Counted from the stretch's first letter, positions 28,729 to 39,383 are shown. The stretch: 64,000 nucleotides of DNA from a virus (IMGVR_UViG_3300030419_008098:32745-96744), one strand, 5' to 3'. Program-made: numbers and translations. The notes: generated from the sequence alone by a model not told the origin.

Positions 28729-29653
28729 GACCTGTTTCCAAGAAAACAGAAGGAGCCCACCCTAGAACCTCCTTGATCATCGTGTTGTCGCTATTTCTGC
28801 CCCTTACTCCTTGAGGAGCATTAAGGTTATAATTTCGCTTTAATTTAACGCCGGCAAATTTTTCCGCTAAATCTACCAGTTCATTTATAGAAACCATTTC
28901 GTCGCTCCCTAAATTAATGGGACGACTATCGCCTTGCTCCCAAAGTAAATTCATTCCTAAAATGCAGTCATCTATATACATAAAAGAGCGCGTTTGTTCA
29001 CCGTCTCCCCAAATTTCAATTTCATGATTACCACTTAACTTTGCTTCTATAACCTTTCTGCAAATTGCGGCGGGAGCCTTTTCTCTTCCTCCTCTCCACG
29101 TTCCCAGCGGTCCATATACATTGTGATAACGGCAGACGCGGGATTCGATTCCAAAATCTTTTCCAAAATAATGAGTAATTATCTCGCTAAAGAGCTTCTC
29201 CCACCCATAACCGTCTTCAGGATTGGCTGGATAGGCGTCTGATTCTTTTAGGCCTTGTGATTGCGCATCTTTAACGGAAGATTGTATTTCCGCAGGATAA
29301 ATACACGCGGAGGAACTATATAAAATTTCTGAAACACTATTATCTCGCGCCGCCATAAGGGCGTGAACTTGAGTTAATACGCTTTCCATGCAGAGGGCAT
29401 GGTTATTTTGAATAAAGCCCATTCCTCCCATATTGCACGCTAAATTGTAAATGCGATCAATTCCTTCGGAAAGCCTATAGGCGTTTTCCTTTAGTCCCAT
29501 ATCCGCCTCTACATTTGTAGCTTCTGGTGAAAGTTGGTACCAGGCGTTTACTGGTTTGATATCGCTTGCTACCACCTCGTGACCTTTACTGAGAAGGTCC
29601 TTAACTAAATACCCCCCAATAAATCCACCTGCGCCAGCTACTAATGTTTTCAT
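28679..29653 (-). CDS. GDP-mannose 3,5-epimerase-like NDP-sugar epimerase
   Basis: GAGGFIG, LACNMGGMGFI, SSSACIYP, YGWEK, GREKAPAAICRK, GVRGRNSDN. Confidence 0.9.
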   Translation of the reverse strand: MKTLVAGAGGFIGGYLVKDLLSKGHEVVASDIKPVNAWYQLSPEATNVEADMGLKENAYRLSEGIDRIYNLACNMGGMGFIQNNHALCMESVLTQVHALMAARDNSVSEILYSSSACIYPAEIQSSVKDAQSQGLKESDAYPANPEDGYGWEKLFSEIITHYFGKDFGIESRVCRYHNVYGPLGTWRGGREKAPAAICRKVIEAKLSGNHEIEIWGDGEQTRSFMYIDDCILGMNLLWEQGDSRPINLGSDEMVSINELVDLAEKFAGVKLKRNYNLNAPQGVRGRNSDNTMIKEVLGWAPSVFLETGLEKTYKWIYDQITSSP

Positions 29654-29771
29654 ATCTTATATATTATTTAATGCTTTAGAAATTTCTAATTAAAATTACC
29701 GACACATCTTTGATTAGTGCATAGTAAGACTCTAGGGATAAAATTACCATTTTATTTGAGATGAAGAGGGG

Positions 29772-30407
29772 TTAAGTTATTCTTTGGAGAGCTGATTCAT
29801 GTATTAAGGTATATTCCTTGTTATTGGAAGTGTATTGTGTCGTATAACCGTCGGCCCACAGGGACGCTAAAGCAGCTCGTGTGTCTTGAGGAGAAAAATC
29901 CGTGCAAAAATGATGGAACTCTATACAAACTTGAGGGATGCCGCTGTTTCCAATTTCTTCTATCATTTCGTACTCCGCTCCTTCTATATCTAATTTTAGA
30001 ACCGCAATAGAAGAATTCTGGCTTATTATAGAAGTTAAGTTGAAAGCTGGTGCTAGGTGGTAATCATCACTACAATTCTTATTAGACTCAATAATAGACT
30101 CCGAAACATAATCAGGGTTCTTTTGCTTGAAAATTTTAACAGTAGACTCTCCCCCTCCCACAAGAGCCCCTTTAAGAAGGGTAAAATTGGGGGGATTCAA
30201 AGTTTCAATATACTGGTGGGATTTGGGGGTGGGGTCAATACCTAAAATTTTACATTTCTTTAAGGTAATTAAAGCCTCATCAAAGCTAATGTCTTCCCCT
30301 ACACCCGCTGAAATAATAAGAGACTCCGACGGAACTAAATCCAAGCAGATGGCCCAGCCGCCATAGTCAGTGCCTAAGTAATTTAGTTGGATTTGTTTAG
30401 CGGTCAT
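29772..30407 (-). CDS. FkbM-family methyltransferase
   Basis: YGGW, SAGVGEDISFD, DPTP, LKLDIEGAE, IEFHH. Confidence 0.85.
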   Translation of the reverse strand: MTAKQIQLNYLGTDYGGWAICLDLVPSESLIISAGVGEDISFDEALITLKKCKILGIDPTPKSHQYIETLNPPNFTLLKGALVGGGESTVKIFKQKNPDYVSESIIESNKNCSDDYHLAPAFNLTSIISQNSSIAVLKLDIEGAEYEMIEEIGNSGIPQVCIEFHHFCTDFSPQDTRAALASLWADGYTTQYTSNNKEYTLIHESALQRIT

Positions 30408-31317
30408 TAGAAAAAAGATAAGTTAAGATATTATTCCATAAGGAAGGGGGAACATTACTCATGTTTAAGGAATTCGCTTTAATTAAATTTGGGTGATCTA
30501 GGTGTTTAAGATAAATTGCACCTTCGCGGAAATAAAGTTTCTTTACCCCATTCTCCATCTCGTACCCTTTATCTGGCGCAGCTCCTACCATAAGGTTTTT
30601 GCCGGTTTGAACCAGGCATTGGTCAAAAGTTTCCTCAGCTATAATATCCTGTAGTAGCGTGGAGTTAAAATTAGTAGGCGGGTATATCCTTAGGGACCCA
30701 TTGGTAGTGCATCCTGGTTTTTTGTATTCCCCATAAGCGCGCATCTCTGTAAATGAATAGTCCGGATGGGTGGTGCAGAACTCTTTTTTTTGAGTGTTTA
30801 AGTATTTTTCATTCTGAAAAAGATTATTAATGGTCTCTAGGTAGTTTTTTACAACGTTTAAGTTGTTTATAAACCCATTCATGCAAGCGCCATTACATTG
30901 CTCCGTGCAATCATAGGAGGTGAATTTAGATTGTTGCGAACTTAGGTCCGTGAGAATTAAAGTGTCTGAGTCAAAGGTCCAGAAACTCGTGTGTTGAGTG
31001 GTTTGGATAAAATTATACATGTAGAACCACCGTTTGAAGACGAACTTTATCCATTCAGCTGATTGGCCGCAACGCGGCCCTTTTATGAGTTGAAATACCC
31101 TATCAAAAAGTTTTGTAGCTTCACTGTTGTCATACTCCTTGAATGGGAAGAAAGAAACTTTCGCCTCCTCTGCATAAGGCTCGGTCCCCTCGTCTCCTAA
31201 GAGGTATATATCCAAGTCTGGATTAAAGCGCCGTGCTACTCCTAAGGTCGCCCTAAGGTAATTAGGGGGGTCTTTAATGTTGGTTTTATGTATGAAAACT
31301 AGGGGGGAATTAGGCAT
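30397..31317 (-). CDS. Glycosyltransferase-like (GT-A)
   Basis: IYLLGD, FKRWF, FDSD (DxD), EM motif. Confidence 0.55.
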   Translation of the reverse strand: MPNSPLVFIHKTNIKDPPNYLRATLGVARRFNPDLDIYLLGDEGTEPYAEEAKVSFFPFKEYDNSEATKLFDRVFQLIKGPRCGQSAEWIKFVFKRWFYMYNFIQTTQHTSFWTFDSDTLILTDLSSQQSKFTSYDCTEQCNGACMNGFINNLNVVKNYLETINNLFQNEKYLNTQKKEFCTTHPDYSFTEMRAYGEYKKPGCTTNGSLRIYPPTNFNSTLLQDIIAEETFDQCLVQTGKNLMVGAAPDKGYEMENGVKKLYFREGAIYLKHLDHPNLIKANSLNMSNVPPSLWNNILTYLFSNDR

Positions 31318-31969
31318 GATTCAGAGAGTTCTGGCGCTCTTTAATTAAGTTGAGTAGTTTTATTTTATTTTCCACCCCTTTTGTATAATTAGCGTGAAAA
31401 GCTCGGATATTTACCTCTCCAATGTGATGCAATAAGTCCGCATCTGAATAGGGTCCCGGATAAGGACGCCCTCCCGTAGCTAAACCTATACTATAAAATT
31501 CGTGTGATAGCACCCGGGCAGTAACTGTAGGTAGATAATAATTTAAAGCGACTTGATCATCCTCAAAAGCGTCCAGGTTTTCTAGGACAGTCTTAAAAAG
31601 CTTTAATGTTTTGTCGTTAGAACGGGCAACAAAAAAACCAGCACAGCATACGGTAAGATCATTTTGTAGAGCAATGTCCGCGTCAACCAGTTCTTCTATA
31701 AGTTTTTCTTTAAATCTTTGAAGAAAAATTACATCGCAGTCCGCATGAATAAAACAATCTCCCCATGTCTCTTCTATGCCTGTGATGATGAGTTGAACTT
31801 TTTTTCTCATGGTTTTGCTCCATCCTTCCGCATGATACTCTCCTGTAGGACATTCTTGTTCAAACTCTTTAGCGATCAACTTTACTCCAGGATCAACTGA
31901 TAAACTTTTTTTAAAATAATCATGGAAGAGAGTAGAGTGTGTTGGGGTAAAAAAGGTATATAAATTCAT
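31310..31969 (-). CDS. Nucleotide-diphospho-sugar transferase (GT77-like)
   Basis: DCD, CAGFF, DDQVALN, FHANY. Confidence 0.8.
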   Translation of the reverse strand: MNLYTFFTPTHSTLFHDYFKKSLSVDPGVKLIAKEFEQECPTGEYHAEGWSKTMRKKVQLIITGIEETWGDCFIHADCDVIFLQRFKEKLIEELVDADIALQNDLTVCCAGFFVARSNDKTLKLFKTVLENLDAFEDDQVALNYYLPTVTARVLSHEFYSIGLATGGRPYPGPYSDADLLHHIGEVNIRAFHANYTKGVENKIKLLNLIKERQNSLNHA

Positions 31970-32817
31970 GATAGTTGAGTGGGGATGGTTATACTCTGGT
32001 GTAAATTACAATTATTAAAATATCTTGAATAAATAGACCTTCCGTAATCCTGCATTTTCTTTAATGTATCAGGATCTTGAGGAATAGAATCTTTGATGGC
32101 GTGGAGATTGGATTCACTAATAAAGAGAGCACAGTTTTCCCATTCCACAAGCTCGGGTAAAGGAAGCTTTAATCCATCAGAAATTATAATGGGAATCGAC
32201 CCGTAGGAAAGTGCTTCCCAAATACGTATTGTGCTGGGGCCGGTCCCCCTTGGGCAAAGTGAAAAACTACTATCCTTTAATAGATTAATGTAGGACTCTT
32301 TGCTTTCTATCTGTGCTTGTGGGTCTTGTTCAAAATGCCATAAGCCCGTGTCTTGGATAAAAAACTCGGGATCCTTTCCCCATAGAGAATAAATGGTCCG
32401 GCGAGAAACATGAGTGGAAAATGATCCTTGGAAGCTAAGCTTTACGGGTCGCGAATCAGTTGTTTTGAGAGGTGGAGGTGGTAGAGGGGAGTAATGGGGC
32501 AAGGGGAAGAAGTCGTCGGAAGTCGTCGCATGAGGGGTGAAAACCAGAGAGGCTGCAGGGAAGCTTAATAGCTTTACTTGAATATGTTGGCAAATGAAAA
32601 CTAATTTCTCATTGGGGTATTGAGAATTAACTGAATTAATGAAGTGTTGAGCTGCGGGTAAACCATGGGAGTTTATAGTAAATGCGAGAGGTATTTTTAC
32701 AAATACATATTCATCCGAGATTAGCTCATGGTCTTTTTCGAGATTTTCCCAAATGGTTTCTTCTGTTTTGACGGCGTCTGTTACGCCTTCGAAATCTTTA
32801 ACAACAATAAGTCTCAT
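31966..32817 (-). CDS. Exostosin-family glycosyltransferase (GT47)
   Basis: SFSLCPRGTGPSTIRIWEALSYGSIPIIISD; start set at MRLI (TAATG overlap). Confidence 0.85.
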   Translation of the reverse strand: MRLIVVKDFEGVTDAVKTEETIWENLEKDHELISDEYVFVKIPLAFTINSHGLPAAQHFINSVNSQYPNEKLVFICQHIQVKLLSFPAASLVFTPHATTSDDFFPLPHYSPLPPPPLKTTDSRPVKLSFQGSFSTHVSRRTIYSLWGKDPEFFIQDTGLWHFEQDPQAQIESKESYINLLKDSSFSLCPRGTGPSTIRIWEALSYGSIPIIISDGLKLPLPELVEWENCALFISESNLHAIKDSIPQDPDTLKKMQDYGRSIYSRYFNNCNLHQSITIPTQLS

Positions 32818-33653
32818 TACCAATAACACCCTCCTTCGACAATGGCAGCTTGAGGAGGAATCTCTTGCGGCAAGGGACGTATCCAATGACCGTTGTAGAA
32901 TCCAGAAATAACATTATGGTTGTCCCACCGTTTCCCTTTAATACCGAATAAGATTTGAGTAGCTCCCCCTAAGTGGACACCACTCTTACCTAAACTTTTA
33001 CAAAAAGAAATTAAAGGTAGAGACCAGGCGCCAGCTCCTACGATAGCTATATCAAAATCTATAGTCTTGACAGCGTCCTGGAGTTTTAGTAACCCGTCTT
33101 CCCATGAAGAAAAGGGGGAGGGGGTCGTCGCAGCGGAAAAAGGAATTTTTAAAGTGGCGACTTTTACATTAGGAAACAGAGGTTTATCTCTCCAAACATC
33201 AGTAATTTTAGGAAGTTGGGTAGATATACTTTCTATAAAAGGAGAAATAACTAATAAAGTTTTACCTTCTAGGTATCTAGTCCAGGGATCCTCGTGGTAG
33301 TACGGCTCTAATCCTCTAGCATTACAGAAAGAAGACTGGGGAGAGGCATACTGTAAGATGAATTCTTCCAGTTCGTTTTGCCAAACTCCTGCAATATCTA
33401 AGGTTTTGAGGGACTCTAAAAAAATACCACAAAATTGAGTAAAGGTTTCGGGGGATGGAGGGAATACTCCAGCACCGTGAAAAAGTTCGATATGAGGGTA
33501 ACTGGGCCACTGAATAGGGTTGATGCCGTGTATTTTGTGATGAAGGTAGTTACTAAGAGCTCTGCATTCCCCCGCACCCAGTTTGCCCGCAGAGAAAGGG
33601 TTGCCTTGAATTAAAGCATCTCGTATGAGATTATTTCCTTCTACTTCACTCAT
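32817..33653 (-). CDS. GT-D-fold-like glycosyltransferase
   Basis: LEPYY..PW, LVISPF, DFDIAIVGAGAW, HLGGATQILFGIKGKRWD. Confidence 0.7.
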   Translation of the reverse strand: MSEVEGNNLIRDALIQGNPFSAGKLGAGECRALSNYLHHKIHGINPIQWPSYPHIELFHGAGVFPPSPETFTQFCGIFLESLKTLDIAGVWQNELEEFILQYASPQSSFCNARGLEPYYHEDPWTRYLEGKTLLVISPFIESISTQLPKITDVWRDKPLFPNVKVATLKIPFSAATTPSPFSSWEDGLLKLQDAVKTIDFDIAIVGAGAWSLPLISFCKSLGKSGVHLGGATQILFGIKGKRWDNHNVISGFYNGHWIRPLPQEIPPQAAIVEGGCYW

Positions 33654-34425
33654 GTGGAACTATAATGTCTTCAAGTTTTCCGTAAAGAGGGCCGGTATAT
33701 TTGTGGGTTTTGGCATATTTTTCTTTAATTGTACGTTCTTCATATTGCCTTCTGTATTGCACATCACTACCTGTGGAGACTCCGTCTGGATTGAAATAAT
33801 ATAAACCTAAAATCTGATTTACTTTTGCCATTATAGCACCTTTTGTGGCACAACGCAACCAAAATTCTCCATCGGCAGCAGATTTATAATCTTCCTGAAA
33901 GAAGCCAAACCTATCGTGAAGGGTTTTTTTGTAGACTGGAGATTGATGCGGCATGTTGTAAATAATTAAATCTTCTATCGAGAAGGAAGGGAAGTTGTAG
34001 CGCTCCCGCGAAAAGCATGTTTCGAAAAGTTGGTTCTCGGTTCGGGTTATGAGGCTATCCGAATACACAAGGTCAACGTCAGAATTATCTTCAAGGAAAT
34101 TGACCTGTTCTTCTAGCGCCGAAGGGTGTTTGCCGTCATCAAGATTGGCGTTATTTAGATATTTTCCTCGAGCTTCCTTTACGGCGATATTCCAACAGGC
34201 ATATAACCCCGGATCTTCCGTGAGTTTGATGTAACGGATGTTCGAGTATCTTTTCTGGAAATCTCTTATGTAAGCTTCTTCGTTTTCCGGCGAGTTGCCA
34301 TCCACTAAAATTAACTCACATTTGTCAAAGATGCTTTGGCGCGTAATATCGTGGAGGTAATGCTGAATATATTTTTCACCCTTAAAAATAGAGCAAAAAA
34401 TCGAAACTAAAGGAGGCTCGTTCAT
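33646..34425 (-). CDS. Glycosyltransferase family 2
   Basis: PLVSI, ELILVDGNS, GLYACWN, NLDD, ADGEFWLR. Confidence 0.9.
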   Translation of the reverse strand: MNEPPLVSIFCSIFKGEKYIQHYLHDITRQSIFDKCELILVDGNSPENEEAYIRDFQKRYSNIRYIKLTEDPGLYACWNIAVKEARGKYLNNANLDDGKHPSALEEQVNFLEDNSDVDLVYSDSLITRTENQLFETCFSRERYNFPSFSIEDLIIYNMPHQSPVYKKTLHDRFGFFQEDYKSAADGEFWLRCATKGAIMAKVNQILGLYYFNPDGVSTGSDVQYRRQYEERTIKEKYAKTHKYTGPLYGKLEDIIVPHE

Positions 34426-34501
34426 TTGGTTTTCGGCGTAATATATTATATATTATAAAATTTATATATTATAGGAGTATAAATAATTGTTTCCAAAATT
34501 C

Positions 34502-34530
34502 TTGACATCCCTTTGCACTTTTGCTATTAT
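34502..34530 (+). promoter_or_regulatory. Sigma70-type promoter, probably leaderless
   Basis: TTGACA-N17-TATTAT (TGn extended), then 6 nt, then ATG at 34537. Confidence 0.85.
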
Positions 34531-34536
34531 ATGTGG

Positions 34537-34869
34537 ATGCTCATAGAGGAAAGAGAAAAAAACGAAAGCACGTTCTATGTAGAATGCGCCAACTGGAAAT
34601 CGATAGTCAATGCCACTGACGAGACAGAAGCGGCTACTAAAGCATTTGAAGTGTGCCTGGACAAATACCGAGAAAAGACGGAAATAAGCCCTGTAGCAAT
34701 CGTTTTAAACATATCTTCTGTCATGAAGACAATGAGTATAGAAGAAAATATTGACTATGTTTATGCTCCTACCTTCTTATCTAACGCAGGACTCCATAAA
34801 ACTTCACAGGATTTTAAATTCATAATAGAAAACCTCAAACAAAATATAGATGAAACTCCTAGTCGTTGA
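34537..34869 (+). CDS. Hypothetical protein
   Basis: First gene of the plus-strand block; start inferred from the promoter position. Confidence 0.65.
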   Translation: MLIEEREKNESTFYVECANWKSIVNATDETEAATKAFEVCLDKYREKTEISPVAIVLNISSVMKTMSIEENIDYVYAPTFLSNAGLHKTSQDFKFIIENLKQNIDETPSR

Positions 34870-35359
34870 TCCCGATTCAAACCTCTGCCACGAAGCCTAC
34901 GAAGGTGATGCTGGAATTGATATTAAAGCGGCTACAGAACCCACCATCCTAGGATACCGCCTGAACGACCATTACTGGAAATATATAGATTACATCGAAT
35001 ACGATACCAATATAAAGATCCAGCCGGAAGATCAAAACTCCCGCGCCGTAACTTTCTTATTCCCTCGTTCTAGTGTTAGTCGCCATCATTTGATTCTAGC
35101 TAATTCAGTGGGAATAATAGACAGTGGTTATACTGACACCATAAAAGTAAGATTCAAATATGTACCCCAACCCGACGACTACCGCATCCATGAAGGAAAA
35201 TGGCTTTTATTGGATCCAAACATCGACAGAATGTACAGAAAAGGAGACAAAATAGCCCAATTAGTTTTCAGTAATTATTTGCGTCCTGAAATAAAAATGG
35301 TAGAAGAATTAAATAAAACAGAGCGAGGAACCGGAGGTTTTGGGAGTAGTGGAGACTAA
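34850..35359 (+). CDS. dut: Trimeric dUTPase
   Basis: GDAGIDI, PRSS, NSVGIIDSGY, GDKIAQL, RGTGGFGSSG. Confidence 0.95.
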   Translation: MKLLVVDPDSNLCHEAYEGDAGIDIKAATEPTILGYRLNDHYWKYIDYIEYDTNIKIQPEDQNSRAVTFLFPRSSVSRHHLILANSVGIIDSGYTDTIKVRFKYVPQPDDYRIHEGKWLLLDPNIDRMYRKGDKIAQLVFSNYLRPEIKMVEELNKTERGTGGFGSSGD

Positions 35360-35957
35360 AGTTATAGGTATAGCAGGGGTTGCTCGCGTAGGAAAAGATA
35401 CTTTTGCTGCGCACATGGGTAAAGTTTTAAAAAAACAAGGGTTAGTTTCTCAACGCGTGGCGTTTGCCGACGTTCTCAAAAAAGACATAAATTCTTTTTT
35501 ACTTGCTAAATCAGGCGTAAATGCGTATACTATAGATGAAAAAGAAAAACATTTACTCCGCCCCTTAATGGTAGAGTATGGTCGCCTTATGCGAACCTTA
35601 TCTGACGGGGAATATTGGATTAAACAAATAGCAGAAAGAGTAGAAAAAAACATAGAAAACAATATCATCTCTCTCATTACTGATGTCCGTTATCAGAACG
35701 AAGCATCATGGATTAACTCTCTAGATGGAGGCATCAGCCTCCATCTTTTTAGAGAGGGCATTAATCCTGCTAATGAAGAAGAAGCCTTAAATGACCCACT
35801 TACACAGAAAGAATGCTCCTACTCCATTAATTGGGAAACAGTCTCAAGCCAAAAGGATATAGGAAAACAAGCAGCAAACTACATACATGGACTCGAACTA
35901 CTTACAGAACCTCTCCGACCAGGAACTAGTTTCTCTTATTCAAACACAAAGCAATAG
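35340..35957 (+). CDS. Deoxynucleoside monophosphate kinase (T4 gp1-like)
   Basis: GIAGVARVGKDT, AFADVLK, ITDVRYQNE. Confidence 0.85.
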   Translation: MGVVETKVIGIAGVARVGKDTFAAHMGKVLKKQGLVSQRVAFADVLKKDINSFLLAKSGVNAYTIDEKEKHLLRPLMVEYGRLMRTLSDGEYWIKQIAERVEKNIENNIISLITDVRYQNEASWINSLDGGISLHLFREGINPANEEEALNDPLTQKECSYSINWETVSSQKDIGKQAANYIHGLELLTEPLRPGTSFSYSNTKQ

Positions 35958-36489
35958 CAATGACTGCCTTAAAGAACTAGTTTCGCGCCATAGTGGAATA
36001 TATATTGACATGATTAATAATTATGTACCGGGAAACACCATATTCACGAATAAAGACGAATTAATAGCAGACAAAGAATACAATATTTATCAAGCCGCTT
36101 TAAAATATGACCCAACACGAAAGACTAAATTCAGTACTTACCTAGGCAATGAGACAAAATGGATGTGTTTGAATATTTATAACAAAAATAAAAGACACCC
36201 CGAAATTGCCACAGAGAACGAGTTACTAGAGTCGAATAGCCATATAAATACCCACGAACACGAAAAAAATATAGAAAAAGAACTATTTAAAAAAGTTATG
36301 TCAATCATAGAAGAATATCCTGATGACAGAATTTCACAAATTTTCGATATGCGTTATATCGAAGGATCCAAAAATAAAGTTATGCCATGGAAAAACATTA
36401 GCGACAAGCTAGACATGAGCATACAAGGATGCATTAATATCCACAATTCAACCATCGCAAAGTTAAAAATAAAACTCAAAGAAATATGA
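35887..36489 (+). CDS. Phage RNA polymerase sigma factor
   Basis: Region 2 AALKYDPTRKTKFSTYL; region 4 HTH WKNISDKLDMSIQG. Confidence 0.8.
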   Translation: MDSNYLQNLSDQELVSLIQTQSNSNDCLKELVSRHSGIYIDMINNYVPGNTIFTNKDELIADKEYNIYQAALKYDPTRKTKFSTYLGNETKWMCLNIYNKNKRHPEIATENELLESNSHINTHEHEKNIEKELFKKVMSIIEEYPDDRISQIFDMRYIEGSKNKVMPWKNISDKLDMSIQGCINIHNSTIAKLKIKLKEI

Positions 36490-36890
36490 ACCAGCTATCA
36501 GGTACGATTAAAGTAATTGGTGAAACCACTCAATATGGACCTACTTTCCAAAAAAGAGAGTTCGTGGTAACCACCCAAGATAAATTCCCGCAAGATATCA
36601 AACTAGAACTATATCAGGATGATTGCGGCATTCTTGATGATTACTCCGTGGGGAATGTTATTACTGCCTCTTACAACCTTAAAGGTAATGAATATAAAGG
36701 TAAATACTATGTAAATCTTCAGGCATGGAAGCTAGAAGAGCCTCAAGGAGAAAGCGAAAGCGCTGCCCCTGCAGCGGAAAAACCCGCTCCCAAAAAGCGT
36801 GGACGCCCTCGCAAAAACCCCGAACCTCAAATCGAAACCACCGAAGATTTGGCGGAAGATGTAGAAGAATTAGCTGACGCTCCATTTTAA
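36486..36890 (+). CDS. DUF3127 OB-fold (SSB-like) protein with AT-hook and acidic PF tail
   Basis: FQKREFVV, FPQDIKLEL, NLQAWKL; KKRGRPRK; ends LADAPF. Confidence 0.8.
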   Translation: MNQLSGTIKVIGETTQYGPTFQKREFVVTTQDKFPQDIKLELYQDDCGILDDYSVGNVITASYNLKGNEYKGKYYVNLQAWKLEEPQGESESAAPAAEKPAPKKRGRPRKNPEPQIETTEDLAEDVEELADAPF

Positions 36891-36924
36891 TTAGAAAAAG
36901 CCAACCTATTTCCTAAAATAGGGC

Positions 36925-38010
36925 GTGAGAAAATTAATATTTGAAGCCCCTTGTAATTCCCTTAGCTTTGGGAATGTCAGTGTGAATCTCCTTCGGGAGA
37001 TGCACAAGCAAAAAATTAACGTTGCCTTCTTTCCTATAGGAGGCAATCTAGACTACGCTGCATTTGATAGTCTTACTGACGATTTCAAGGAGTGGCTTCA
37101 AGCATCCTTCGAGAACAGACTTAACTTCCTGGACAGGGACACTCCAACCCTAAAGCTGTGGCACTTAAGCGGCTCCGAAGTTAGGGTCGGGAGAAGACAA
37201 GTGCTATACACGTTTTACGAGCTAGATTCGCCCACTGTTCAAGAAAAAAACATAGCCAATCTTCAAGACGAAATAGTGTTTAGTAGTTCTTACTCTCAAG
37301 AGAAGTTCGAACTCTTGGGGTTAGATAACGTTTCCAGTATTCCTGTAGGCTTTGATCCTGATTTTGGTCCCACCAATAAGGAGTACCTAAAAGACAAGAC
37401 CCACTTCGGATTAATGGGGAAATGGGAGAAACGGAAACACACTTGCGAAATAATCAGGGCATGGGCCAAAAAATACGGAAACAATTACTCCTATCAATTA
37501 ACATGCTGCATTACGAACCCCTTCTTTAAGCCTGAGCAGATGAATCAAGTAATTTCGCAATGCCTAGAAGGACGGCGTTACGGAAATATTAATTTTCTCC
37601 CATATTTAAAGACTAATAGTGAGGTTAATGACTTCCTTAATGCAATTGATATAGATCTATCGGGCTTAAGCGGCGCAGAGGGTTGGAATCTTCCCGCATT
37701 TAATGCCACTGCTTTAGGTAAATGGAGCATAGTTCTAAACGCCACTTCCCATAAAGATTGGGCAACCGATAAAAACTCTATCCTTATCGAACCCGAAGGA
37801 AAAGTAGACGCCGAAGATGGAATATTTTTCAAAAGTGGCCAGCCCTTCAACCAAGGTAAAATCTACAATATTAGCGAAGAAAAGATAATTGAAGCCCTCG
37901 AAAAAGCCGAAAGTTATTCTCAAAAAGAAAACGTCGAAGGTTTAAAATTACAAGAAAAATTCACCTACGAGAAAACTTTAAACGGACTTTTGTCCAAATT
38001 AACTGTATAA
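36925..38010 (+). CDS. Glycosyltransferase family 4-like
   Basis: MGKWEKRK, SGAEGWNLPAF; GTG start. Confidence 0.85.
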   Translation: MRKLIFEAPCNSLSFGNVSVNLLREMHKQKINVAFFPIGGNLDYAAFDSLTDDFKEWLQASFENRLNFLDRDTPTLKLWHLSGSEVRVGRRQVLYTFYELDSPTVQEKNIANLQDEIVFSSSYSQEKFELLGLDNVSSIPVGFDPDFGPTNKEYLKDKTHFGLMGKWEKRKHTCEIIRAWAKKYGNNYSYQLTCCITNPFFKPEQMNQVISQCLEGRRYGNINFLPYLKTNSEVNDFLNAIDIDLSGLSGAEGWNLPAFNATALGKWSIVLNATSHKDWATDKNSILIEPEGKVDAEDGIFFKSGQPFNQGKIYNISEEKIIEALEKAESYSQKENVEGLKLQEKFTYEKTLNGLLSKLTV

Positions 38011-38020
38011 TATAATAGTC

Positions 38021-38203
38021 ATGACAAACCTAAAACAAGTTCAAGGAGAAGTTATCTTATGCTGCGGTAAGGGCGGTTGTCCCCGCATAAAGAAGTTTGG
38101 TTCGGACAAAGTAAAAATCACTGACGATTTCGGGAGCACCGTGGTCCTAGACAAAGAACAAGCTTTACTTATTCAGCAGGCTATTAAGCAACTAGATGAC
38201 TGA
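38021..38203 (+). CDS. Small Cys-containing protein
   Basis: LCCGKGGCP, ITDDFG; TATAAT upstream. Confidence 0.6.
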   Translation: MTNLKQVQGEVILCCGKGGCPRIKKFGSDKVKITDDFGSTVVLDKEQALLIQQAIKQLDD

Positions 38204-38510
38204 ATTCATACAATACACCTTAGCCTCAATAGGGTTGATGTGTATTTTAAAATATGGAAGTATATTAAGTCTTCCAAGGAATTTTTTGTCGGCTCAATCC
38301 GAGTTCTTCGACGAATTATTCAAGTGTAGCCTTTGCTTGGGATTCTGGAGCGGGTTACTTATTTCTCTGTTTATATATTATACGGTGGCTCCATGGGATA
38401 CATTTTACTGTTTATTCCCACTGACCTCCGCTCTGTTTTGCTGGATAGGAGATTCTATTATTGGTGTAATTAAATATTCTGAACTGTATTTAAAGAAAAA
38501 ATCTAAATAA
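38196..38510 (+). CDS. CxxC membrane protein (DUF1360-like), paralog of 57135-57455
   Basis: Three hydrophobic segments; LFKCSLCLGFW. Confidence 0.65.
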   Translation: MTEFIQYTLASIGLMCILKYGSILSLPRNFLSAQSEFFDELFKCSLCLGFWSGLLISLFIYYTVAPWDTFYCLFPLTSALFCWIGDSIIGVIKYSELYLKKKSK

Positions 38511-38511
38511 A

Positions 38512-39009
38512 ATGCCTTTATACGATTTCCAGCACCCCGTCACCCATGAAGTGAAAGAACTTTTTTTTCACATGGACGATGATAATAAAACCTATACCGA
38601 CGAAGATGGGGTCAAATGGAATCGAGTCTTCAATCCTATTAATCTCAATGCAACCTACCGCACCTTTGATGAAAAGCGCTTAGTCGATGAAAAAGGAAAC
38701 CCCCTCAAGGTTCAACACTTAAGCGAAGAGTTTGTACGGAGCCAAGGGTTCAAAAACGCTACAGACTACATAGATTATAATAACTCAGTGATGGTAGATA
38801 GAGAAAAAACCCCTGAAGCAAACACCCAAAAGATGCACGATCAAGCGGCAGATAAAGATTTGCAACAAAAAATAAAAGAAAACCAACGCAAACTTGAAAA
38901 AAACAACGAAATAGCGCGTAGAAAAAAAGAGCAAACTAAATCCAACCGTGTGCAAGTCAAGGCCACAATGGATAAAAAAGGCCGCGCTACTAAAGTGAAA
39001 GTTAAATAA
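38512..39009 (+). CDS. FmdB-like N-terminal domain protein (Cys-less)
   Basis: MPLYDFQHP..E, DEDGVKWNRVF. Confidence 0.55.
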   Translation: MPLYDFQHPVTHEVKELFFHMDDDNKTYTDEDGVKWNRVFNPINLNATYRTFDEKRLVDEKGNPLKVQHLSEEFVRSQGFKNATDYIDYNNSVMVDREKTPEANTQKMHDQAADKDLQQKIKENQRKLEKNNEIARRKKEQTKSNRVQVKATMDKKGRATKVKVK

Positions 39010-39383
39010 TGCCCATATACGTTTACGAACATCCCGAAACCCAAGAATCCATTGAAATAATTCAAGGAATGAATGATGCGCATGAATACATTGATGATGA
39101 AGGAGTAGAATGGCGCCGGGTATTCCATGTTCCGCAAATGTCCATGGATACCCAAGTAGATCCTTATAGTGAAAGCGATTACCTTAAGGCTACAGCTAAC
39201 AAAGGTGGGACCATTGGCGACATGATGGATTACAGTAAGGAATTAAGTCAAAAACGCGCAGAAAAAGACGGTACAGACCCTATTCAAGAAAAACACTTCA
39301 AAGACTACGAAAAAAAGAACAAGCGCAAACACCCCTCAAAGGCTAAAGTTTACGAAAGCAAGAACGTAAGAGTAGAGTATTAA
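39009..39383 (+). CDS. FmdB-like N-terminal domain protein (Cys-less), tandem paralog
   Basis: MPIYVYEHP..E, DDEGVEWRRVF. Confidence 0.6.
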   Translation: MPIYVYEHPETQESIEIIQGMNDAHEYIDDEGVEWRRVFHVPQMSMDTQVDPYSESDYLKATANKGGTIGDMMDYSKELSQKRAEKDGTDPIQEKHFKDYEKKNKRKHPSKAKVYESKNVRVEY